Source: a virus. From it: a stretch of DNA of 64,000 nucleotides. Below the pieces are notes generated by a model. That model had not been told where the DNA came from, ran no database searches, and saw only the letters and a program-made list of their open reading frames with translations. Positions 18,074 to 26,219 of the stretch are shown here, piece by piece. Numbering within the stretch: position 1 is the stretch's first letter; each line of letters starts with the position of its first letter. A program made the position numbers and the translations under genes. The stretch lies in IMG/VR virus record IMGVR_UViG_3300044844_000428; one strand, written 5' to 3'.

Positions 18074-18149
18074 GGGGTGACTAGTGGGACTTGAACCCAC
18101 AAAATCTCGAATCACAATCGAGGACGTCTACCAATTCCGTCATAGTCAC
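18074..18149 (-). tRNA. tRNA-His(GUG), no encoded G-1, incomplete CCA
   Basis: GTGACTA/TAGTCAC acceptor, C73, anticodon GTG. Confidence 0.92.
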
Positions 18150-18170
18150 ACCTAATAAATCTTTGTAAAG

Positions 18171-18254
18171 TGGTGGAGATCCCTGGATTCGAACCAGGTG
18201 CCCTTTGGGCACGGGTTTACAGCCCGCTGCAGTCGCCTATGCCGCTCGACCTCC
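18171..18254 (-). tRNA. tRNA-Tyr(GUA)
   Basis: Long variable arm GCCC-AAA-GGGC, anticodon GTA, A73-CCA. Confidence 0.9.
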
Positions 18255-18263
18255 ATTATTTCG

Positions 18264-18271
18264 TATTTATA
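18264..18271 (-). promoter_or_regulatory. Late promoter TATAAATA inside tRNA cluster
   Basis: Exact consensus 9 nt upstream of tRNA-Tyr. Confidence 0.7.
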
Positions 18272-18273
18272 AT

Positions 18274-18348
18274 TGGACTCCATGATCGGATTTGAACCGA
18301 TACCACAAGGTTTTGCAGACCTGCACACTACCATTATGCTACATGGAG
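18274..18348 (-). tRNA. tRNA-Cys(GCA)
   Basis: CTCCATG/CATGGAG acceptor, U73-CCA, anticodon GCA. Confidence 0.93.
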
Positions 18349-18354
18349 AAATTA

Positions 18355-18488
18355 TAATGTGCTTGTCTTTCCAAGCTGTCACCAGTCCACTCATTGTGCA
18401 CAAGCTGGTTTGGTGCACTCCTATCTTATTTAATTCCCGATAGGCTAAGGAGAAACAAGAACCCCGACCCTTACGGTTAGGCTTGTAT
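18355..18488 (-). ncRNA. Structured non-tRNA RNA in tRNA cluster (T4 RNA C/D-like position)
   Basis: Multiple stems incl. GNRA hairpin and GUGACA-GCUU-GGAAAGAC-AAGC 3' hairpin. Confidence 0.55.
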
Positions 18489-18489
18489 T

Positions 18490-18565
18490 TGGTGCCCCCA
18501 CCAGGACTTGAACCTGGAACCTACCGATTATGAGTCGGGTGCTCTACCAATTGAGCTAAAGGGGC
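18490..18565 (-). tRNA. tRNA with CAU anticodon (Ile2-like, possibly elongator Met)
   Basis: GCCCCTT acceptor, CGACTCATAATCG anticodon arm resembling bacterial tRNA-Ile2; not initiator-like. Confidence 0.9.
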
Positions 18566-18572
18566 GTGTTAA

Positions 18573-18764
18573 TTATACAAATTTTAATTTATAGTCCAAA
18601 GTTTTCATTGCTTTTTTAGCGTGTTTCATTGCTTCAGTTTTTGTTCTTCCATTAAAAAACGATATTTTCATGGAGTAACCATCATCAGTAGGAACGTATA
18701 CCTTAACAACGAAAAAGCTTTTTGGCAATTTTGTTTCAGAAACTTCAGCTTTTATACTTTTCAT
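18573..18764 (-). CDS. Small basic early protein, paralog 1
   Basis: KVYxP and FNGxTKTEA shared with next ORF. Confidence 0.75.
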   Translation of the reverse strand: MKSIKAEVSETKLPKSFFVVKVYVPTDDGYSMKISFFNGRTKTEAMKHAKKAMKTLDYKLKFV

Positions 18765-18782
18765 ATGTATTTACTCAATTCT

Positions 18783-18983
18783 CTAAATAAATTTTATCTT
18801 GAAGCCTTTAACTTTTAAAGTATTTCTTGCCTTTTGTTTTGCTTCAGTTTTGGTATTACCATTGAAGTACATCTTATCCATTGAGATACAACCTTCGATT
18901 GGAATATAAACTTTTGCAGTGAACGATTTACCCATATAACTTTTTACTTCTAAAACTTCAGCTTCTACAGTTTGGGTTTTCAT
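18783..18983 (-). CDS. Small basic early protein, paralog 2
   Basis: Directly behind early cassette B. Confidence 0.8.
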   Translation of the reverse strand: MKTQTVEAEVLEVKSYMGKSFTAKVYIPIEGCISMDKMYFNGNTKTEAKQKARNTLKVKGFKIKFI

Positions 18984-19049
18984 AATTTAATTCCTCATCA
19001 ATGTTATTTAATATGAGTCTATTATACTATATCATTGTTGCAAAGTAAA
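18981..19049 (-). promoter_or_regulatory. Early promoter + leader + RBS cassette, copy B
   Basis: TTTACT-N17-TATAAT; matches copy A. Confidence 0.85.
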
Positions 19050-19058
19050 CATTTATTT

Positions 19059-20771
19059 TCAAATAATTACACTAAAATCATTTCTTTTTTCTACCGTTAA
19101 TACTCTGTCAAATTTATCCACTATTTGATCTATATTGTGGCTAATAACGAACACATTACAAATATCACCAAGTTGAGTCAATAAATTTATAATGAAATCT
19201 GTACCATTAACATCAAGACTACCATCTAATACCTCATCCAGTAATAATAGATTAGTATTTGCAGAGTTCTTAAGTTTTGCTATTTCTCTCCATGCAAACA
19301 GTAATGCCAAATCTATGCGATTCTTTTCACCTTCAGAAAAGCTAGAATATGTAAAATCGTCGCGGTGTCTGGATTTTATAGTTTCTGAGAATGTTTCATC
19401 AAGTTCAAATTTAACATAAAAATCCATTGCAGAAAGGTACTTATTTATTAGTGTATTCATTACTGGTAAGTATTCACGAATAACTGCAGATTTTATACCA
19501 GTATCTTTTAAAAGAATTGATGATATGTCTTCAATATTTCTTCTTTCTTGTAGAGAAGTTTTTTGTTTAACATTTTCCATAGCAATGTTTGCTAATTCTT
19601 TTAATTTTAATTTCTCTTTATCTATATCACCCTTGTCTAATTGGAGGTTATCAATGTCAGATTGTAGTGATCTGTTTTGAGAAGTTAATATTTCTAATTT
19701 TGAATTGTAAGTATATATTTCATTTCTCAATTGACGAATTTTATTATCTATTTGCTCTATTTCTTTTTGTCTTTGAACATAACTAGTAATCTCTGAAGTT
19801 ATGCTTTCAATTTCTGATTTGTTCATTTCATATTCTAAGACTAGATTGTCCTTTATGGAAAATTTATGTTCATGAGGGATTTCTTGTGAACACTGAGGAC
19901 AGTTTTCATTATTGTCAAAGAATTTTATAGTCTTATCCAATAGATCATTATTATGAGTATGAGTTCTTAATAAAGATTTAGCATGTGATATGACTTCAGT
20001 GAGTGTATTTGCATCGGATATGCTCATTACTAATGAATCAACTTCAGATTCAATTTTTGATATAGATTCATTAGTATCGTTAATCTCAGTAATATTACTA
20101 TCTATTCTTGTTCTGATACTATCAACATGTTTATTTTTGCTAGTTTCTAAATTCTTTATTATGGACTTTTGGCTTTCAATTTCAGACTTTGATCTATTAA
20201 TAGTATTGTCTACTAATTCCAATTCTCTTTTAGTGGTTTGGATCTTTTCTTTTAGTAGAGAATTCATAGTACTAAAAATACGGATGTCAAGAATATCTTC
20301 TATGACTTCTCTTCTGTTCCCTGTTGATAATTGCATGAAAGGAACGAATGATGATGAACCAAGGATTACCACTTGAGTGAATGCTCGATAATTCATTTTA
20401 AGAATTTGTTGTTCAAGGATTAGTTGATAATCTTTTAATGCCGCATCTTGTGTTAATAATTCTTCATTTTTGTATATTTCAAAAATGTTTGGTTTTATTC
20501 CACGAATTACTTTGTAAGAACTTCCATTGGTATCAAATTCTACTGAAACTTTAGTATTTTTTCCATTGATAGAATTTATCAATTGGTTCTTACTGATGCT
20601 TCTGAATGATTTCCCGAATAACACGAAAGTTAATGCATCAAGAACTGTTGATTTTCCATTACCATTTTTTCCTATAATAAGAGTAGTGTTATGACTATCT
20701 AATTGGATTCTGTTAGGAACATTACCGGTAGATAATAAATTTGACCATTCTATTGACTTGAACTGTATCAT
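19059..20771 (-). CDS. 46: Rad50/SbcC-like recombination ATPase gp46
   Basis: GKNGNGKST, CPQC hook, FSEGEK, LLLDEVLD, VISH. Confidence 0.97.
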   Translation of the reverse strand: MIQFKSIEWSNLLSTGNVPNRIQLDSHNTTLIIGKNGNGKSTVLDALTFVLFGKSFRSISKNQLINSINGKNTKVSVEFDTNGSSYKVIRGIKPNIFEIYKNEELLTQDAALKDYQLILEQQILKMNYRAFTQVVILGSSSFVPFMQLSTGNRREVIEDILDIRIFSTMNSLLKEKIQTTKRELELVDNTINRSKSEIESQKSIIKNLETSKNKHVDSIRTRIDSNITEINDTNESISKIESEVDSLVMSISDANTLTEVISHAKSLLRTHTHNNDLLDKTIKFFDNNENCPQCSQEIPHEHKFSIKDNLVLEYEMNKSEIESITSEITSYVQRQKEIEQIDNKIRQLRNEIYTYNSKLEILTSQNRSLQSDIDNLQLDKGDIDKEKLKLKELANIAMENVKQKTSLQERRNIEDISSILLKDTGIKSAVIREYLPVMNTLINKYLSAMDFYVKFELDETFSETIKSRHRDDFTYSSFSEGEKNRIDLALLFAWREIAKLKNSANTNLLLLDEVLDGSLDVNGTDFIINLLTQLGDICNVFVISHNIDQIVDKFDRVLTVEKRNDFSVII

Positions 20772-21829
20772 AATGACTCCTGAGCTTCCAAATATAATGT
20801 TCTAAGAAATAGTTTAATATCAGACTTGTTAGATTCATCGGCAATAGAATCAATATAATTTTCTAATACATCAAGAGTATTTTCTATATTGATGGATTCT
20901 GAATCAATATCTCCTTCAGAGAAATCTGAAAGGTCTTCCAGTATTTTTAGTTCGTGAATATTAGAGTCATATAACTTGTTAATAAATTGGTCAAATTTAT
21001 AAAAGTCAGTTTTCTTTACTACTATGATTTTGATATACTTTTGACGAAACTGTTCAATATCAATCTTACCATAGTCTATCAATTCATCATTGTATTCATG
21101 GCGTAGGAACATAGTATATGGGTTCTCGATGAATTCAATTTGTCTAGTTACTGTATCAAATACATGGAACCCCTTTTGGTCGTTCAAGTCGGCATAGGTG
21201 TTTTCGTATGGAGTTCCAACATAAAGAATATTATCTTTATCAGACCTTGTATGAAAGTGTCCAGATAATACCTTTTCATACTTTGCAAATATATTAGTAC
21301 GTATTCCATCGTGAGATTCCATACCTTTCTGCATTGAGAATCCTTGAATTTCAAAATGACCAAAGCATAAATCTGAGTTACTATTAAGCATAAACTCAAA
21401 TGTATCTAACTCATTATCTTTACATATCCAAGGTATAACATCAATGGTCGTATCATCAAACATAACCTTAGTAGGTTTGTCATACATATGAACATTATCA
21501 AATTCACCAAGCAACAATCCCGTTGAGTTTATTGATAAGGATTCTCTGTAATACAAATCGTGGTTGCCGAGAAGGGTATGGAAAGCAATTCCTGCTTCCT
21601 GCAACGGTTTGAATAAAAACCTCTTACTCTCGGCCAATGAAAGAAAATCTATAGAACGTCTCTTGTCAAAAAGGTCTCCTAGTTGGAATACAGTTTTGAT
21701 GTCATTATCCGCTAGATATGGCATAAATACGTTAGTATAAAATTTATCAAAATACGAGATAAATTTAGGATTCGCATTACGAATTCCGAGGTGGCTATCG
21801 CCGAGTATACAGATTTTAATTGGATTCAC
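20768..21829 (-). CDS. 47: Mre11/SbcD-like nuclease gp47
   Basis: GDSHLG, LGDLFD, GNHD, GHFE, SGHFH. Confidence 0.96.
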   Translation of the reverse strand: MNPIKICILGDSHLGIRNANPKFISYFDKFYTNVFMPYLADNDIKTVFQLGDLFDKRRSIDFLSLAESKRFLFKPLQEAGIAFHTLLGNHDLYYRESLSINSTGLLLGEFDNVHMYDKPTKVMFDDTTIDVIPWICKDNELDTFEFMLNSNSDLCFGHFEIQGFSMQKGMESHDGIRTNIFAKYEKVLSGHFHTRSDKDNILYVGTPYENTYADLNDQKGFHVFDTVTRQIEFIENPYTMFLRHEYNDELIDYGKIDIEQFRQKYIKIIVVKKTDFYKFDQFINKLYDSNIHELKILEDLSDFSEGDIDSESINIENTLDVLENYIDSIADESNKSDIKLFLRTLYLEAQESL

Positions 21830-21854
21830 CTTTATGATTTATGTTACTTTACTT

Positions 21855-21944
21855 ATTATACTATAGAGTTATCTAAAAGTAAATAGCAGAGATTTCAATT
21901 ATTATAAATAGTTATAGGTCACGATACTAGACATATCTACCTAT
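21855..21944. promoter_or_regulatory. Divergent control region: early promoter for 47 (-), late promoter TATAAATA at 21903-21910 (+) and leader hairpin for the endonuclease
   Basis: Direct reading. Confidence 0.75.
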
Positions 21945-21969
21945 TCTAAAACTTTCAAGGAGTATCAGC

Positions 21970-22764
21970 ATGAATATTTATACCTCAATAATTCCAACTC
22001 GTCTTTATATTAAGCAACATTCAATAACCAAAAAGAAATATTTTGGCAAGACTACTAGAGACCCATACAAATATAATGGTTCTGGCGAATATTGGTCCAA
22101 ACATATCAAGAAGCATGGCAAAAGATTTGTAGAAACTATCTGGATATCAGATTTGTATTATGATACATCTATCTCGGACTATGCTCTTCATTTCTCAGTC
22201 GAAAATGATATAGTTAATTCTAAAGAATGGGCTAATCAAAAACCAGAAAATGGGTTAGATGGGGGTGCTATGTCTAAAGATTCAGCAGCAAAATTATCGA
22301 CATCTTGGGCAAATAAATTAGAGGCAGAAAAACATATTATTATATCAAAACGTATATCCACTAGAAACGCTAAATCGGAAGAGGAATTATTAGCATCAAA
22401 TATGTTGATGAAACTAAGCATAGCCTCCAGAACTCCTGAGCAAGAACAAACTAGAAAATTGAAAGAAAAAATTACCAAGGATTCTAAGTCTATAGAAGAA
22501 AAACAAGCATCATTACAAAAACAAGTAGATTCTTATAATTCTAGAACGATAGAACAAAAACTAGAAACTAAAATAAAGAAACAACATAAACGAGACAATA
22601 AATCTTCTCAAGAACTGAAAGAAATAGAATTAAAAAAGAAAGAAACTAGAAAGAAAAACGGAACTGGAGGTAAAATTCCGTTCCTTTCTATGATCCATAA
22701 TAAAAAAACCTACGATAAAGGAAATTTATCAAAATGGTATCCAGAATTCAAACAGTTCTATTGA
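21970..22764 (+). mobile_element. Free-standing GIY-YIG (Seg-like) homing endonuclease
   Basis: LYIKQH...YFGKT...Y.GSG.YW, E and N catalytic positions, repeated basic helical motifs; opposite strand between 55 and 47. Confidence 0.82.
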
Positions 22765-22773
22765 ATGCAATCT

Positions 22774-23316
22774 TCATACTAATTCTCCGTATAATGAATC
22801 AAGAGTAGAAGTGCTTAATAATTTCTCTTTTAATACTTTATCTTTTTTTAATACTTCTGGCTGTTCAACATTAGAAAATTGTTGTAAGAATTCTCTGTAA
22901 GAATTCACAAATTCTACGTCGTCATCATGCCCCTGCAGATCTAAGACTTTATTTCCAACAGATTGTATAATTTTGTGTTTAAGAAGAAATTGATGTTTTT
23001 CTTTTGCAATTCTTCTAAGATAAGCAAAATAGACTATTTGAGTAAAGTATGCAAATGGATTAGAATATTTTTCGTGATCGAATTTATCAAAGTATAGTAT
23101 GCAGTTTTCAATAGCATCAGAAATCATTTCGTCTTTGAATGAATAACCATTAAAATTGCCTTTTGCTGCTAATTTTGAGGCGATTAGTAAGATACATTCA
23201 CCAAGGTATTCAGTAATGACTGGTTTAGGAAGACCCTGTTCCTCTGATAATTTTAATAGTTGTTTTCTTTCTACAATAGCTTCATAGAAGGCTTTGTTGT
23301 CTATATAATCTGCCAT
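22774..23316 (-). CDS. 55: Late-transcription sigma factor gp55
   Basis: YIDNK.F, NF.GYSF.DEMISDAIENC, NPFAYFTQI..AYLRRI.KEK; start at 23316 because promoter lies at 23347-23375. Confidence 0.96.
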   Translation of the reverse strand: MADYIDNKAFYEAIVERKQLLKLSEEQGLPKPVITEYLGECILLIASKLAAKGNFNGYSFKDEMISDAIENCILYFDKFDHEKYSNPFAYFTQIVYFAYLRRIAKEKHQFLLKHKIIQSVGNKVLDLQGHDDDVEFVNSYREFLQQFSNVEQPEVLKKDKVLKEKLLSTSTLDSLYGELV

Positions 23317-23346
23317 GATATAACTCCAATTAGTTTTGTATTCTTT

Positions 23347-23375
23347 ATTATATAATGCAAACACACATTTGTAAA
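23347..23375 (-). promoter_or_regulatory. Early promoter TTTACA-N17-TATAAT for 55
   Basis: Direct reading. Confidence 0.8.
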
Positions 23376-23602
23376 CATTATGATTTTCGTAAGATAGTCA
23401 GAACCGTGTGTTTTTCATGAAATTACTAGTAATAGAATCATTGACTTAGGGACTAGTTTTTCATGATTTTCTTGAAGATGATGGAATATATGTCTTATTT
23501 TTAAAAAAGCTTGTCTGGTTGACCCGTTCTGAATAAATCCATTACATATCATTAACTTATATTAAAGTTACCATTTTCATTAAAAATAATTATTTCATAA
23601 TG

Positions 23603-23631
23603 TTTACTTTTGACCAGAAGTGATGTATAAT
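23603..23631 (+). promoter_or_regulatory. Early-type promoter TTTACT-N17-TATAAT (extended TG -10) facing antisense into uvsW
   Basis: Direct reading; no + strand gene follows. Confidence 0.6.
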
Positions 23632-23658
23632 TCTATTAACTGGTTTTATCAATACTAA

Positions 23659-25143
23659 TTAAAGATTAATATTAATAATTTTCATATCAAATTCTTCATT
23701 TGTATAAGTCTTAATTCTTTCTGCTAAATGACCTAAAGTATGATTAGATTTTGATTTATAAGAAAAGTTATCAGCAATGTCATACAGATTACAACTATTC
23801 TTTCCTTCTTTTAATCTTAGTCCTCTACCAATGGATTGTAAATTTCTAATTTTTGATTTTGAAGGACTAGAGAAGATAATATTTTCTATTGATGGCATAT
23901 TTACACCAGTAGACATTGTTCCAAAACTTGCAAGAATAATAGCATTAGATTCTTTTTCAGCAGTATGTCTTATTAGTTCTCTTTCTTCTGTAGCAGTTTC
24001 ACCACTTATATAATAAACTTTTCTATTGTTGTCTATTTTTTCATTAATCATTTTTTGTAATACTTTTCCGTGTTTCTCAACAAATTGGAAAAGTATTAGA
24101 GTATTTCCTGACTGTTGTAATGCTAAATTGACTATGAATTTATTACGTTTTTCATTTGAAATAATATAGTCCATTTCTGCTTGGTATTTAGCAGAGCACA
24201 TAATCTTTCTAATTTCTTCAGGGTATTTTAACAACAAACATTTTATAGAAAGATTGACTACTCGGTTTGAATCCATTAATTCTTTAGTAGTAATTACTCG
24301 GTGAACTGGACCAAGTATTCCTTCTAATTGAAGTTGTGAAATTTGTGTATTGTCTATTGTACCAGTAGTTCCAATTCTATACTTTACATCTGTCATTTTT
24401 TCAAACATTGAAGTTTGACTTGTAGCCTTTGCTAAATGTGCTTCATCTGAAATTACTACGTCAAATTGATTACACCATTCTTTGGACAATTTAAATGTTG
24501 ATTGCCATGTTGTTAATAGTACGTTTTTTTTGAAATCCTTAGACAGCCCTGAATATAATTTTTGACAGTTGTTCTCAGTTGACCAACCATTATGAGAAGA
24601 ATAATCCACAAAATCTGAGTATAATTGTTCTACTAATGACGTATTAGGAACGATTATTAGACACTTTAAATTCTTTGCAGTGAACCATCTTATTAGAGTG
24701 TAAATGATTGCTGATTTTCCACTTGAAGTAGGGCTTATTAGTAATGTTCTGCATTCATTCAATGCCTTATGTATTGCATTGAATTGATAATCGCGTAATT
24801 CTATTGGCTTATTCTTTGAATGAAGTTTCAATAATTTAGCAAAATCTTCTACATGATTTAGCTTTATTCCATTGTCGTAAGTAATTCCGTCATCAATTTG
24901 TAATTCATAATCATTTCTTTCTGCAAATTCTTTTACATAATTTATTAGTCCAGCATATAGGGTTTTTGTTTGAGTATTATAAAGTCTGCAATATCCATCC
25001 CATATTTTGGCTTTAAATTTGGGCATGTACTTTGCTCCAGGAACCGCAAATTTAAAAAACTCTGAAAGTTCCTGTTCAACTCCTCTGTCAGAGAATATTC
25101 TAATAAAGGCTTCATTGTATTTTTCGACTTTAATAATTGTCAT
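23659..25143 (-). CDS. uvsW: SF2 helicase UvsW
   Basis: PTSSGKS, DEAH, GTTGT, STGVN, LQSIGRGLR. Confidence 0.96.
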   Translation of the reverse strand: MTIIKVEKYNEAFIRIFSDRGVEQELSEFFKFAVPGAKYMPKFKAKIWDGYCRLYNTQTKTLYAGLINYVKEFAERNDYELQIDDGITYDNGIKLNHVEDFAKLLKLHSKNKPIELRDYQFNAIHKALNECRTLLISPTSSGKSAIIYTLIRWFTAKNLKCLIIVPNTSLVEQLYSDFVDYSSHNGWSTENNCQKLYSGLSKDFKKNVLLTTWQSTFKLSKEWCNQFDVVISDEAHLAKATSQTSMFEKMTDVKYRIGTTGTIDNTQISQLQLEGILGPVHRVITTKELMDSNRVVNLSIKCLLLKYPEEIRKIMCSAKYQAEMDYIISNEKRNKFIVNLALQQSGNTLILFQFVEKHGKVLQKMINEKIDNNRKVYYISGETATEERELIRHTAEKESNAIILASFGTMSTGVNMPSIENIIFSSPSKSKIRNLQSIGRGLRLKEGKNSCNLYDIADNFSYKSKSNHTLGHLAERIKTYTNEEFDMKIININL

Positions 25144-25580
25144 TATGCACCAGCTAGAAATTGTTTGAAACCAATAGAATTTTTAATTGACCATGTTCTA
25201 TCAGAAATTGATTTTAGAATCGATTCTAAAAGATAAATCATAGTATCAATATATTCTATTTTTAATTTCATATTAGCAATTTCAGTATCACCTTCTAGCA
25301 ATTGTTCCATTTCATTTTTTAATGGTTTTGCATATTGCCATTGTTCCCATCCTAAATCTATTAATTCTTGACGAGATAATTCACCACGATAATAACGAAA
25401 TTTAGTTTTCTTTAATACAACAAAATCATTTTTAATTTTACTTAATCTAAGTTTGGCGTCAATTAGTAGTCTAATATATTTAGAATGAAGTTTTGCAGTT
25501 TTTACAGATTCCGTATCTAGGTGGTCGTTATTGATTTCACAGTCAATTTCCCAATTTGCTTGGATTTCATCAAGTGTCAT
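25143..25580 (-). CDS. uvsY: Recombination mediator UvsY
   Basis: LHSKY, YYRGE, RTW.IKN.I...F.AG. Confidence 0.93.
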   Translation of the reverse strand: MTLDEIQANWEIDCEINNDHLDTESVKTAKLHSKYIRLLIDAKLRLSKIKNDFVVLKKTKFRYYRGELSRQELIDLGWEQWQYAKPLKNEMEQLLEGDTEIANMKLKIEYIDTMIYLLESILKSISDRTWSIKNSIGFKQFLAGA

Positions 25581-25595
25581 AATATCTCCAATAAT

Positions 25596-26120
25596 TTACT
25601 CAAAAATAAAGTATGTGTACTCAAATGTAGCCGATGCAGTTATATATGTGACGTCCGTATTAGTTGTAGCAAAAGTTAATCCTGAAAGATTAGTAGGAAT
25701 CAAATCAACAAATCTTACTGTTTGGACCACCGTATTATTTGAACCTAAAATCTCAAGAGTACCGTCTGAAAAGTTTCTTGCTGAATCAGACATAACAAAC
25801 TTTGGATTTCTATTTTGAAATGAAGTGTACTGTTCATATTCTTGAGGATGACCTAATCCAGCAATCCAGTTAAAGATAGCAAGATAGTTTGCCATATTCT
25901 CATCAACTAGAAAATTAATAGTCAATGGTTCGAATTCCATTTTAGTACTAGGAAGTTTTATCTGAGTGAATGGAGTGTCCATATCCATTCTAGGAAGTGA
26001 TATGCCTGGCAATGGTACTTCTTGAGTAAAGTAAACCATTTCGGGTATTTTCTGAATAACAAATTGGAATCCATTAGGAGATAACGGATTTAGATTTTCT
26101 GGTATAAGAGAGATTGCCAT
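25596..26120 (-). CDS. 3: Tail tube terminator gp3
   Basis: N.LSP.GF.F, LPGI, FLVDE...NY, P..LS.L.F; late promoter 26145-26152. Confidence 0.88.
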   Translation of the reverse strand: MAISLIPENLNPLSPNGFQFVIQKIPEMVYFTQEVPLPGISLPRMDMDTPFTQIKLPSTKMEFEPLTINFLVDENMANYLAIFNWIAGLGHPQEYEQYTSFQNRNPKFVMSDSARNFSDGTLEILGSNNTVVQTVRFVDLIPTNLSGLTFATTNTDVTYITASATFEYTYFIFE

Positions 26121-26219
26121 GATAGTTCCTTACGATGTTTGAACTATTTATATATTTACATTGTGGTAAGAATGGTGTATAATTATACTAATGGTGCTTT
26201 ATTGTTAAAGGAAATACTT

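Noticed and set aside
18152-18418. 88-aa ORF in ORF track
   Set aside because: Overlaps tRNA-Tyr, tRNA-Cys and the structured RNA; spurious
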